A DNA stretch of 64,000 nt from an uncultured bacterium (lineage in GTDB: Bacteria > Planctomycetota > UBA1135 > GCA-002686595). The first letter of the stretch is position 1. Every line of letters begins with the position of its first letter. This document shows, one piece after another, positions 9,807 to 19,453 of this stretch. The translations under genes were made by a program, and so were the position numbers. The notes beneath the pieces are model-generated. The model did not search any database. It was given only the letters and a program-made list of their open reading frames with translations, and was not told the DNA's origin. The DNA lies in the NCBI GenBank assembly GCA_943787795.1, contig CALSNU010000002.1:128001-192000 (forward strand), written 5' to 3'.

Positions 9807-11693
9807 ATGGTCCAACCTGCACACACCTCGAACTCGACCTTCGCGGTCCTCGTTCCGGGGGCCATCGCCTCCCTGACCCTGGCGCTCGCCGCCTGCGGTT
9901 CTGTCGGGTTGTTCTCCGAGGATCCGGGCGCCCCGAGGGACCGTGCCTCGAGGTTCGACCGTTTCGTGTCCGAACTGGACCTCGCGCTCACGGACACCGC
10001 CCCGCTGCTCGAGCAGGTTCGACGGAATTCCGATGGCGGCTCCGGGACGGCCTCGAGGCCGGGGTCCGACGTGGGGAACGTCGTGCTGAACGCCGAACGC
10101 CGCGACGCCGTGCGGCGCGCGGTGATCGAGAGCGGCCGGCGGCGGCTCGACCGCGAGTTTGCTCCCGGCCGACTGGACGAACCCCAGGCCACGACTTCGA
10201 GCATCCTGATCCGCGATCTCACCCAGCTGGCGGATCAGCGCGAGAGAGCGAGCCAGCGCCCCACGACCCCGTGGAACGGACCGCTCACCCAGGCGCCATC
10301 AGTCTTCCTGCGGGAGCACCAGCGCTCCACCAGCGCAGACCTCGAGCACTGGGAGGAGGCCCTGCGCGTCCTGGCGGCCACCGAGGACACCGAGCTCCCC
10401 AGCCCCTCCGACTCGCCGAGCGCCCGGGACGCCGCCGTCGCTGGCAGCGCCGGAGTCTTGCTCGATGCGCTCGCCCGGTCCGTCGGTCCTGGCGGGACTC
10501 CGGACCCACTCCTCGGCCCCCTGGATGCGGCCCTCGATGAGCTCAACGGGCGCCCGACCTCAAGCCTGACGTCCGACGCAGACCGCTCCGAACTGGGCGT
10601 CACGCTGCAGCGCCGATATGCCACCGCCGCCTCGGACGCCGCCATCGAGGAGGTGTTTGGCGCCTCTTCGTGGGAGGCCCTCGAAGGACCCGCGAAGGAA
10701 CGATGGCTCTCACCGCTGCAGGAGGCAGCGGGCATGGAGGCCTCCGCAGAGCGCCTCTCCGACATCGCTCGCTCCGAGCTCGATCGCCTGACCCTTGAGC
10801 TGGCGCAGGCCGCAGAGCTGGTCGACGAGGACGAGACGTCGCCCAGCGCCGCGAGGCTGGCTCTGCGGGATCTGCGATCCGGTGAGCGCTCTGTCCCCGG
10901 AAGCGGACGTCCCGTACGCCAGCCCGAACTCCTCTGGTCCGAGGCGCGCAAGGGCCTCGCCAAGCTGGTCGCGGGCGCGCCTCCGGTCACCATCGAGGTC
11001 GGGATCGCCCTCCCATTCGAGCGACCCTACGGCCGCTGGAGCCCGTTCATTCCGGGCAACCTCATCCCAGGAGAGGATCCCCGGGCCCGCGCCCCTCTCT
11101 ATCTCGCCGCGCCGGCGGAGGCGGAGTATCAGCCGCGCTGGCTTCGGGAGGCTGAAGCCTGGCGGAACGGCATCCCCGGTCGAGCCGTCGCGGATGCGTA
11201 CCGCCGCTCGGCCCTCGACGTCCCGCCCATGATCCGCTGGAAGACGCGGGAGGCGTTCGAGGAGGGCTGGGGCCTCTACGCCGTCGGGGCCGCCGCAGAA
11301 GCCGGGACACTCAACGAGGTCGACGGCGGATTCGGCCGGATCGCCCAGGAGCTCTGCGCCTTCGCGGCCATGCTCTCCGACCTCGGGGTCTATGGAGATG
11401 GGTGGTCCCAGGAACAGACCGTGGCCTTCCTGCTCGACGTGACCCCGCTCCCCGAGGCGTCGGCGGAGCTGCTCGCGCTTCGCTGCTTCGCCCAGCCAGG
11501 CCGCATCACGCTCCCCGCCATCGGGCTGCTCCGGTTCCGGGCGCTCCGTCGCGGGGTGGAAGCTGCGCTCGGTGGGCGCTTCGACCTCGCCTCATTCCAC
11601 GCGGCGCTCCTCGATGGCGGCCCGATCCCGATGAGTCAGGTGGATCCGCGGATCCAGAGCTGGCTCAGGCGCGGCGCTCCCGGCCCGCGCTGA
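9807..11693 (+). CDS. DUF885-like lipoprotein, divergent
   Basis: Lipobox LALAAC; C-terminal FEEGWGLYA, GWSQEQ, QPGR, FDLASFHAALLDGGPIPM typical of DUF885. Confidence 0.75.
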   Translation: MVQPAHTSNSTFAVLVPGAIASLTLALAACGSVGLFSEDPGAPRDRASRFDRFVSELDLALTDTAPLLEQVRRNSDGGSGTASRPGSDVGNVVLNAERRDAVRRAVIESGRRRLDREFAPGRLDEPQATTSSILIRDLTQLADQRERASQRPTTPWNGPLTQAPSVFLREHQRSTSADLEHWEEALRVLAATEDTELPSPSDSPSARDAAVAGSAGVLLDALARSVGPGGTPDPLLGPLDAALDELNGRPTSSLTSDADRSELGVTLQRRYATAASDAAIEEVFGASSWEALEGPAKERWLSPLQEAAGMEASAERLSDIARSELDRLTLELAQAAELVDEDETSPSAARLALRDLRSGERSVPGSGRPVRQPELLWSEARKGLAKLVAGAPPVTIEVGIALPFERPYGRWSPFIPGNLIPGEDPRARAPLYLAAPAEAEYQPRWLREAEAWRNGIPGRAVADAYRRSALDVPPMIRWKTREAFEEGWGLYAVGAAAEAGTLNEVDGGFGRIAQELCAFAAMLSDLGVYGDGWSQEQTVAFLLDVTPLPEASAELLALRCFAQPGRITLPAIGLLRFRALRRGVEAALGGRFDLASFHAALLDGGPIPMSQVDPRIQSWLRRGAPGPR

Positions 11694-11719
11694 GGCGCGC
11701 GACCGGGACCGTCAGATCG

Positions 11720-13387
11720 TCACTGGCTGGCGAGGTAGGCCTCGGCCAGCCACCCACCGAGCGCGACGATGCCCTCGGTGGAGATCACGAGCGGCTTCGC
11801 CTGCGGCGGCAAGTCGCTGATCGGGATGTGGACGGTGTACTTGTCTGCGGCGGCCAGGGCGGCGACCTCAGACATCACGTCGATCCCGTTCACGTCCTGG
11901 TGATCCGTCGGGGGCTGTTGGCTGATGAACCAGAGCAGGCTCTTCTCCTTGAGGTCCTTCCGGCTGGCCTCGACCAGCTCGCTGATGCGCGCCGCGGCGC
12001 CGCGCCGGAACGGGCCGAAGGACATGTCGTTCTCACCGACGTGATAGAAGATCCCCTCGAGCTCGACCCGGTACCCCTTGGAGCGGAGCTCCTTGATGGA
12101 GGCTTCCACGAACTCGATGAAGCGCGGGTACAGGTTGCGGCTCACCGCGACGCTCCCGCCGGGCGTCCAGTCGATGATCTGGCTGCCGCTATGGGTGAAC
12201 TTGGCGATGGCCACGTCCTTCACCTTCCCCTTCAGAAGGGCCGCGCCAAAGCTGAGCTCCGGGCCGAAGGTGTCATAGGGGCCGCAGGGTCCGAGGGGCT
12301 CCCAGCCGCTGGAGACCTTGAAGTCGCCGCCGACGCTGTAGCGGTAGGCGATGTCGTCCCGGTCCCTGAGCAGCGCCTTGCCGCCCTTGAGATTCCCGAG
12401 CTCCTGCACGAAGGCCCGCTCCCCCTCCATGTTGCGGTGCCCGGCGAGGACGAACAGCTTGACCTTCCGGCCCCGGCGATAGGGCAGCTTCTTGAGCCCG
12501 CGGTCCTCATCCTCGAGGGCGCCGATGTTCCGCAGGTACGCCCGCGCGTAGTTCACGCCGTGCTCCAGCTGGCCGAGGGTGCCGTAGTGGTAGTGCAGTC
12601 CCACGCCGCCGCCGATCTCCACGCCCACGTGGGAGGTCGGGACGTACTCCGAGAGCGGGTCCGCCTCGGTCACCGCGCGCTGGCCGACGCTGATCGCGTG
12701 CATGCGCGGCCGGAGATCCATGCCCCAGATCGTCTTGGTGCACAGCTCCCCCACATAGAACCGCAGGTCCGGCGCGTCGAGGTCCTTGCGCCAGCGGGCC
12801 ACGAAGTTGGCGAGGTTCTCGCCGTAGTTCTTCTGGTAGTCCTCGTTGAACATGTCGTTCTCGCCCTGGTGCCACATGACGCCCTCGAGGCGGTAGGGCA
12901 CCTTCTTGCGGTCGAGCTCGTCGAGGGCGGCGCGGATCAGCTCCATGGTCAGCGGGTACATCTCGAAGCCGCTGGGCTCGTCGGGGTTCCAGTCCCCGCC
13001 GAGGTGCGTCCCGCCCGCGGCGCACTTGATGATGGCGATGGGCGCGTCGATGGCGCCGGTCACCTCCCGGGCGAAGCTCAGCTCGGGCCCGACCACGCCG
13101 TTGACCGGCTGCAGATCGACCCAGCCGTCCGAGCGCATCTTCTGCTCGCGGCCGATGCAATACTGGAAGCGGACCTTCTGCTGGGGTTCACCCAGACCGG
13201 CGAAGGGCGGGAACCGCTCGATGTCCCTGACCTTCGAGTCGGAGCCGACCATGTTGGACTGGCCCGCGAAGATGAAGACCCGGACAGGCTCGCGCGCGGC
13301 GTCGCTCGGGGCGGGGTCGGAGGCCGCCAGAGCCGAGACGACGAGGACAGGGGCGAGGACCGCAGCGGCGAGGAAGCGGAGGATCAT
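11720..13387 (-). CDS. Secreted tandem SASA/SGNH-domain esterase
   Basis: Signal peptide; domain 1 AGQSNMVG...GPELSF...WHQGEND; domain 2 LAGHRNMEG...GPELSF...YHVGEND. Confidence 0.9.
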   Translation of the reverse strand: MILRFLAAAVLAPVLVVSALAASDPAPSDAAREPVRVFIFAGQSNMVGSDSKVRDIERFPPFAGLGEPQQKVRFQYCIGREQKMRSDGWVDLQPVNGVVGPELSFAREVTGAIDAPIAIIKCAAGGTHLGGDWNPDEPSGFEMYPLTMELIRAALDELDRKKVPYRLEGVMWHQGENDMFNEDYQKNYGENLANFVARWRKDLDAPDLRFYVGELCTKTIWGMDLRPRMHAISVGQRAVTEADPLSEYVPTSHVGVEIGGGVGLHYHYGTLGQLEHGVNYARAYLRNIGALEDEDRGLKKLPYRRGRKVKLFVLAGHRNMEGERAFVQELGNLKGGKALLRDRDDIAYRYSVGGDFKVSSGWEPLGPCGPYDTFGPELSFGAALLKGKVKDVAIAKFTHSGSQIIDWTPGGSVAVSRNLYPRFIEFVEASIKELRSKGYRVELEGIFYHVGENDMSFGPFRRGAAARISELVEASRKDLKEKSLLWFISQQPPTDHQDVNGIDVMSEVAALAAADKYTVHIPISDLPPQAKPLVISTEGIVALGGWLAEAYLASQ

Positions 13388-13438
13388 GGGGAGGTCCAGG
13401 TTCGGCCGGGCAGCGCCGGGGGGGGGGGAGGTCGCGAC

Positions 13439-14062
13439 TCAGTCGCGGAGCGATGGGTCGAAGAGGTCGCGGGGGATCCCGCCCTCGGCGAGGCGCTTGC
13501 GCAGCCGCTGCCAGCGGCGAGCCACGGCGCCCTCCGTGGAGTCGAGGCGCTGGGCCGCGACCTTGTAGCTGAGCCCCTCGAGCCCGCAGTAGCTCACGAG
13601 CTTGCGATCTCCCTCTTGCAGGGAGGAGACCGACTCGAGGAACCGGGCGAGGGAGTCGTCGCGCTCGATGCGCGCGCTGATGGCGGTCGCGGGGTCCATG
13701 ACCTGCTCGAAGACCGCGCGCTTGGTCTCGCTCCCCAGGTTCACCTGCCGGCGTCGGCGCCCGTCGCGGAGCAGCTCGAGCAGCACGATCTTCGCCACCC
13801 GGAAGATCCACTTGCGAAAGGGCGTCGTCTCGGCGTCGATCCGTTCGATCGAATTCCAGGCCCGCAGCCAGACCTCTTGCACCACGTCCTGGGCGTCGAT
13901 CTCCGAGCGGCGGTCCCGCGCGAGTCTCAGCGTGGCCCAGGCGTAGATGGACGGCGCCACGTGCTCATAGAGAACACCGAACTCCGTGACGCCGCCGTCC
14001 TGGGCACGCCGCAGCCAGTTCTGTGTCTCGCCTTCGGGCGGCTCTGCATCAGGATCAGACAA
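13439..14062 (-). CDS. ECF sigma-70 factor
   Basis: Region 2 DAQDVVQEVW...FRKWIFRVA; region 4 EGLSYKVAAQRLDSTEGAV. Confidence 0.9.
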   Translation of the reverse strand: MSDPDAEPPEGETQNWLRRAQDGGVTEFGVLYEHVAPSIYAWATLRLARDRRSEIDAQDVVQEVWLRAWNSIERIDAETTPFRKWIFRVAKIVLLELLRDGRRRRQVNLGSETKRAVFEQVMDPATAISARIERDDSLARFLESVSSLQEGDRKLVSYCGLEGLSYKVAAQRLDSTEGAVARRWQRLRKRLAEGGIPRDLFDPSLRD

Positions 14063-14181
14063 GCTGTTTGGATGATACCCCGTAGCGCGACGCCTACGGG
14101 GAAGACCCCATGACCCAGAGGCTTCCCGGGAGCATCGAGATTCCCACCGCGCTGCTAGGCTGAACCAAGAGCCTGCTGCCC

Positions 14182-17100
14182 TTGGAAGACCCCGAAGAGA
14201 TCGTCGACCCCGCCGTTCTGGACTTCATCCAGGACTTCGAGGACGACGTGGCCGAGGGGACGCACCGCCCCCTCGGGTTCTATCTCAAGCGCTACCCCGA
14301 AGCCGAGACCCAGGTCGCCGGGGAGTTCCTGCGTCGACGCGCGGCGACGGACGAGGAAGCCAAGCGCCAGGCCAACGAGCCGGACGGCGAGCGGATCGGG
14401 CGCTACCGGATCGTGGGCGCCCTGGGCCAGGGCGGACAGGGGATGGTCTACGAGGCCGTGGATGACCGCCTGGGCCGAAGCGTCGCCCTGAAGCTCCTCC
14501 AGGGGCGGCTCATCACCCCGACGCGTCGCCGACGATTCCAGCGGGAGGCCGAGATCCTGGCGCGGATCGAGCACCACGCCATCGCCGAGATCCTCGACGC
14601 AGACTTCGATGGCGAGGAGCCCTACATCGCCATGCGCTTCGTCCCCGGGACGGACCTGGCCGCCGAGGTCCGCGCCGCGCGGTCTGGGGCCCAAACGGTC
14701 CTGCCCCTCCCCCCCGCCAACGTGCAGGACCTGCACGAGGTGCTGCGCTTCTTCGAGGGCGTCGCGCTGGCGCTGGACGCCGCCCACGAGCTGGGTGTGG
14801 TCCACCGGGACGTGAAGCCCGGCAACCTGATGGTCCGCCCCGACGGCGAGCCGGTGGTCCTGGACTTCGGGCTGGCCACAGGCTCGGAGGGCGAGGCCCT
14901 CACCCGCGTCGGCGAGGGCATGGGGACACCGGAGTACATGGCCCCCGAGCAGATCGAGGAGGGGCGCGGCGCGGTCGACGCACGGACGGATGTGTATGGC
15001 CTCGGCGTCACCCTGTACGAGGTGCTGACCGGGACGCGCCCCTTCCAGGGCCCCAGCCCACACGAGATCCAGGCCTCGATCCTGCGGGACGCCACGGCCA
15101 CGGTGGATCGGCTGAACCCCGCCCTCAACGGGAGCGTCGCCGCCGTGGTGGCGGTGGCCATGGAGCGCGACCCGGCCCGCCGCTACGGGAGCGCGCGCGA
15201 CCTCGCCGAGGACCTGCGCCGCCTGCGAGCCTTCGAGCCGATCATGGCGAGGCCGCCCGGCCCCGCCGTCCGCGTCCAGCGCTGGGCCCAGCGCCAGCCC
15301 GCCCTCGCCGCCTCCCTCGCGGGGGTCTTCCTGGCGATCACCGCGGCCTTGCTGGTGGCCCTGCACGGCATCGACGTGCGGGACGGGCTGATCGCCGACA
15401 AGAACGACGCCCTCCGGGAGAAGACCGAGGCCCTCGACTTCGCGCGCTCGCGGCTCTACCTGGCCCGCGCGGAGGAGCGCCTCGAAGGCAACCCCAGCGC
15501 CGCCCTCGCCCTGGCCGAGTACGCCGACCGGCTGCACTCCACGCCCGAATCCCGCTCGGCCCTCTTCGCCCCGCTCCTGGCCACCCGCCTCGAGCGCCGC
15601 TTCACCGCCGAGGGGACGGGCCGAGTGCGGAGCGTGGCCATGTCGCCGGATGGGAGCAAGGTGGCCGGCGTCGCGGACCAGGACCAGCTCTGGATCTGGC
15701 CCGTGGGACCGGAGCCCGGACGGCGCCTCGACCTCCCGGGCGACGGCAAGGATCTCACCGTGGTGCGGTGGCTCGACAACGACGGCGGTCAACTCGTGGG
15801 CAGCGCAGGCGGAACGGTCCACCGGGTCCGCGGCGAGACGCTGCTCTGGTCCTCAACCGGCGGGCCAGCGGTGAGCTCCATCGAGGTCGACGGCACGCGC
15901 GCCTTGGTCTGGGGCGAGGAGGGCGGAAGGGTGCTCGACCTCGCCACGGGCAACCACGTGGAGGCCGACGGGAACGAAGCATCACACCTCGCCCTCATCC
16001 GGCACCGCGTGGAGTTGACTGCTCGCCCCGGCTCCACCGAGCGATTCCTCCAGGTGCGGAACTCGGACGGAGCGGTCTCCCTGGAGATCCCGTGCCCCCC
16101 CGGCGAGGTCACCGCCCGCGTCGTGTCCGCCGACGGCACCCGCGCCGCGGTGGCCCTCAAGCCCGGACGAGTCCTTGCGTGGTTAGTGGCAACCGGAGAC
16201 ATCCTTGCAGATGAGACCGGGGAGTTCATCGCAGACTCCTTGAGCTGGACGAACCGTGGGCGCCGATTGCTCATGACCACCGAGTCCCGCAACGCCTACC
16301 TCTGGCGGGCTGAGCCTCTACCCGAGCTCTTCGAGGTCCGAGAGGCGGGACCCGGGCTCCTGACCGCCGAGTTCATCGGCGATGGGCGACGCGCCCTCTT
16401 GGTCGACCGCAGCGGGCGTCTACAGCTGATCGCCACGCCCCATCGGAGCCGGGGCGTCATCGGGCATTCCCCCGGCAAGATTCTCTGGGAGATGGAGCTC
16501 CCTCGGAGCCTCGAATGCGCGTCGAAGATCCCGCCGAGTGGGCACCTGCTCACGATAGACGTCCGCGGAAAGGCGGCCCTCTGGCGCGTGGATCCTGAGG
16601 GCGACCAACTGGAGTTGGAACACACGGTGAATCTCGGCCGGACGGCCACGGCCTCATCGCTCACTGCTGACGGCACCTTCGGCCTCTTCACCTGCGAGGA
16701 TGGATCAGCTCACCTCTGGGAGCCCGCACGGGGCACCCTGATCGAGGTCGACGGGAGCCGGCAGGCCACCTCGTGCTGCCTGCTGGAGGGGGGGCGAGTG
16801 GCCCTCGGTCAGCCGGACGGTCAGATTCGGCTCCTCGGAGACCCCACGCGTCATCGGCCCTTCGATGACCCGGCGCTCCTGCCCCCCTTCGACGACCCTC
16901 GGCTGCACCCCGTGCTGACCATGGCCCTGAGCCCCGACGGGCGGCAACTGGCAGCCTGCTACTCTCCCACTTTCGTGGTGACCTGGAACCTGGAGACCCT
17001 GGAGGTGGTTGGCCGGCGGGTCACCGTGTTGCGCACGGACAGTCTCCTTTGGAGCAACGACTGCAGCCAGATCGCGGTGGGCGCGCGCGTCGCAGGGAAC

Positions 17101-17466
17101 ACCTTCAAGATCATCAACGTCGCCACGGCCACGGCCTCACCTCGAGTCCTCCCGATCAAGGCTGGGTTGACCAGCGCGTCATTCTCGACTGAGGACGGGC
17201 TTGCCGTCGTGGGGGCCCGGGATGGGCGCGCCTACGTCTTCGGAGCTGCGCCGGAGGCGAAGTTGACCTTCGGCCTGCACTCCGCGGCGGTCAACACCGT
17301 CGACCTTGATACGAGGGGGCCGGTCACGCGCGCACTCTCCAGCGACGACGATGGTGGTCTGTACCTCTGGCCGCTCCGCCCGACTCCGGTGGCGTCCGCC
17401 TCCCTGGCCCGCGGCGTGGACGACTGGGAGCAACAGCGGATCGACGGGAGCGTCTCCGATGGGTGA
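14182..17466 (+). CDS. Membrane Ser/Thr protein kinase with C-terminal WD40-like beta-propeller
   Basis: LGQGGQG, VALK, HRDVKPGN, DFG, GTPEYMAPE; TM helix; SPDG/SADG-type repeats. Confidence 0.93.
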   Translation: MEDPEEIVDPAVLDFIQDFEDDVAEGTHRPLGFYLKRYPEAETQVAGEFLRRRAATDEEAKRQANEPDGERIGRYRIVGALGQGGQGMVYEAVDDRLGRSVALKLLQGRLITPTRRRRFQREAEILARIEHHAIAEILDADFDGEEPYIAMRFVPGTDLAAEVRAARSGAQTVLPLPPANVQDLHEVLRFFEGVALALDAAHELGVVHRDVKPGNLMVRPDGEPVVLDFGLATGSEGEALTRVGEGMGTPEYMAPEQIEEGRGAVDARTDVYGLGVTLYEVLTGTRPFQGPSPHEIQASILRDATATVDRLNPALNGSVAAVVAVAMERDPARRYGSARDLAEDLRRLRAFEPIMARPPGPAVRVQRWAQRQPALAASLAGVFLAITAALLVALHGIDVRDGLIADKNDALREKTEALDFARSRLYLARAEERLEGNPSAALALAEYADRLHSTPESRSALFAPLLATRLERRFTAEGTGRVRSVAMSPDGSKVAGVADQDQLWIWPVGPEPGRRLDLPGDGKDLTVVRWLDNDGGQLVGSAGGTVHRVRGETLLWSSTGGPAVSSIEVDGTRALVWGEEGGRVLDLATGNHVEADGNEASHLALIRHRVELTARPGSTERFLQVRNSDGAVSLEIPCPPGEVTARVVSADGTRAAVALKPGRVLAWLVATGDILADETGEFIADSLSWTNRGRRLLMTTESRNAYLWRAEPLPELFEVREAGPGLLTAEFIGDGRRALLVDRSGRLQLIATPHRSRGVIGHSPGKILWEMELPRSLECASKIPPSGHLLTIDVRGKAALWRVDPEGDQLELEHTVNLGRTATASSLTADGTFGLFTCEDGSAHLWEPARGTLIEVDGSRQATSCCLLEGGRVALGQPDGQIRLLGDPTRHRPFDDPALLPPFDDPRLHPVLTMALSPDGRQLAACYSPTFVVTWNLETLEVVGRRVTVLRTDSLLWSNDCSQIAVGARVAGNTFKIINVATATASPRVLPIKAGLTSASFSTEDGLAVVGARDGRAYVFGAAPEAKLTFGLHSAAVNTVDLDTRGPVTRALSSDDDGGLYLWPLRPTPVASASLARGVDDWEQQRIDGSVSDG

Positions 17467-17598
17467 TCTCCGCCTCCAGATCAGATTCTTCCGGGATTCC
17501 TGTCGCGGAACCCGCGCCCGATTCACGTGAACGCGTCGGATGGGCCCCAAGGGCCCCCTCCGATACCCCCCCTGATGCCTCTTCTTCCCTTCCTCGCC

Positions 17599-19368
17599 AT
17601 GCCCCACGTCTTCCTCCTTCGCCCCCGGACCTCCGCCTGCGCCGTAGCGCTGGCGGCCCTCCAGGGCCTCTCGCTCGCCCAGAGCGGCCCTGTGTTCGAG
17701 ACCCCGTCCCGGGACGACATGTACTTCTCGATCACCTGGCGCGGCCCCTCCATCGGCCTGATGAGCGGCCCCAACACGGTGACCTCCGGCGACATCCTCC
17801 AGCCCGAGGCTCCCGGCACTGCCCTGGCGGCCCCAGCCCCCAAGATCTTCCTGCCTGCCGCCGCCATCGGCCTCCAGGGCCTGTGCGACGAGGTCCCCGG
17901 CCTCCCCTGCGCCCAGGAGCTCGACGCCCTCTCCTTCGGCTTCGACGCCAAGCTCGGCCACGCGGCCTCGCCCACCGAGGCCATCCACTTCTCGGTGGAC
18001 CGCCACGCAGAGGGCATCACCGCCTCGTTCCTCCAGCAGGGAGTGTGGACCGAGGCCGTCCTCCACGACCACGGCGCCGACGTCATGGCGTCGAACTGGT
18101 CCGGCGCCCCCGACCCCGCCGACCCCATGGCCATCGGGCACAACTTCATCTCCATCGACGGCAACGGGGTCGCCGCCTCCAGCGGTCTCGGCGCCGAGCG
18201 GCCGGGGAGCGGGCTCGTGGAGCCCAACGACCCCTCCACCGGCTGGCCCATGAACATCCACGATCGGGGGGACGAGCTGGACGCCCTCGACCTCGGCACG
18301 CCGCGGGAGCACACCCAGGGCCGCTTTTACTTCTCTGTGCAGGGCGGCGGCATCGACGTGTTCGACCCCATCGGTACGCCGCCCGTCCCCGACACCGCCG
18401 GCCTCGAGCGGGTCTCCCCCGCGGACGTGCTCATGGGTCGCCGCGGCGCCCCCCACAGGCTCTACGCCCGCTCGCGGATGCTCGGTCTCGACCCCCAGCG
18501 GGACGACATCGACGCCCTCATCATCGGTGAGAACGGTCAGCCGGGCTATCAGATGCCGCCCCGACCCTTCGAGTGGTCCAGCCAGGCCCACGACATGGTG
18601 ATTTTCTCGGTGCGCCGCGGCTCCGCCATCATCGGCACCCCCGACAGCGCCCTGGGCCTCCCCATCACCGAGGGCGACCTGCTCACCGCCCCAGGCCACA
18701 TGGGGGGTCCCCCCGCCATCGTGGCCACGGCCGAGAGCCTGGGCCTGCGCGCTGAGCGCGGCGGCGTCTCGGGGGAGAGCGACGAGCTCGACGGCGCCAC
18801 CGTGGACAAGTACGACTTTCCCGACTGCAACGACAACCTCGTGGATGACCGCATCGACATCACCTCCGGGGCGAGCTACGACGAGAACCATGACGGCATC
18901 CCCGACGACTGCCAGTACGAGGGCGGCGACTTCGGGTCCTGCCCCGACGGGTCGTCGCCCATCTGCGCCAACCTGGACTTCTGGGCGGGCTGCGAGAACA
19001 ACACCGGAGTCGGCGGCGGCCTCCACTGCATCGGGCCGGTGGACGCCCTGGACAGCTTTCGGTTCTCCGGCACGAACCTGCCGGCGTCCCAGCTCGCGGT
19101 GCTCTATCACTCGGACGGGTCGGCTCCCGTGCCCGCCGCCCTGGGGAACGGGCTCCTGTTCCTCGGCGGTTCGCTCACCGCCGCCAGTGGACTGATGAGC
19201 ACCTCATGGGACGGCACGCTCCTGACGGACGACGGCATCCTGTCCACGCTGGCCGGCGCCGCGCCGACAGCGGGCCAATCCTCGTTCTTCCAGCTGGTCT
19301 ACCGTGACGTCGGCGGCCCTTGCGGCAGCGTCTGGAACATCACCAACGGGGTCAAGCTGATCCTCTGA
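17599..19368 (+). CDS. Secreted hypothetical protein with ELDAL repeats, Ca-binding-like DCNDN/DENHDGIPDDC motifs and a divergent copy of the shared C-terminal module
   Basis: Signal-like N-terminus; ELDAL/DIDAL/ELDGA repeats; C-terminal NNTG...NLP...LFLGG...FQLVYRD...NITNG; start uncertain (17527-17599). Confidence 0.8.
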   Translation: MPHVFLLRPRTSACAVALAALQGLSLAQSGPVFETPSRDDMYFSITWRGPSIGLMSGPNTVTSGDILQPEAPGTALAAPAPKIFLPAAAIGLQGLCDEVPGLPCAQELDALSFGFDAKLGHAASPTEAIHFSVDRHAEGITASFLQQGVWTEAVLHDHGADVMASNWSGAPDPADPMAIGHNFISIDGNGVAASSGLGAERPGSGLVEPNDPSTGWPMNIHDRGDELDALDLGTPREHTQGRFYFSVQGGGIDVFDPIGTPPVPDTAGLERVSPADVLMGRRGAPHRLYARSRMLGLDPQRDDIDALIIGENGQPGYQMPPRPFEWSSQAHDMVIFSVRRGSAIIGTPDSALGLPITEGDLLTAPGHMGGPPAIVATAESLGLRAERGGVSGESDELDGATVDKYDFPDCNDNLVDDRIDITSGASYDENHDGIPDDCQYEGGDFGSCPDGSSPICANLDFWAGCENNTGVGGGLHCIGPVDALDSFRFSGTNLPASQLAVLYHSDGSAPVPAALGNGLLFLGGSLTAASGLMSTSWDGTLLTDDGILSTLAGAAPTAGQSSFFQLVYRDVGGPCGSVWNITNGVKLIL

Positions 19369-19393
19369 GCGGCCCGCGCTGCGGCGACGAAGG

Positions 19394-19428
19394 GGGCGCC
19401 CCGGAAGCTCGTGGCTTCCGGGGCGCCC
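19394..19428. terminator. Perfect 15-bp stem hairpin between convergent genes, probable bidirectional terminator
   Basis: gggcgccccggaagc-tcgtg-gcttccggggcgccc. Confidence 0.8.
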
Positions 19429-19453
19429 TTCCTCTTACGGGGAATCCGAGCGA

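Noticed and set aside
11402..14113. 903-aa plus-strand ORF and similar long antisense ORFs (181-1770, 28198-30021, 31763-33586)
   Set aside because: They lie opposite well-supported genes, have Arg/Gly/Ala-rich shadow composition and show no motifs.
14110..14163. 17-codon ORF in frame with the kinase and ending in TGA (readthrough or selenocysteine?)
   Set aside because: No SECIS-like or other support is visible, and such an ORF is easily a chance occurrence.
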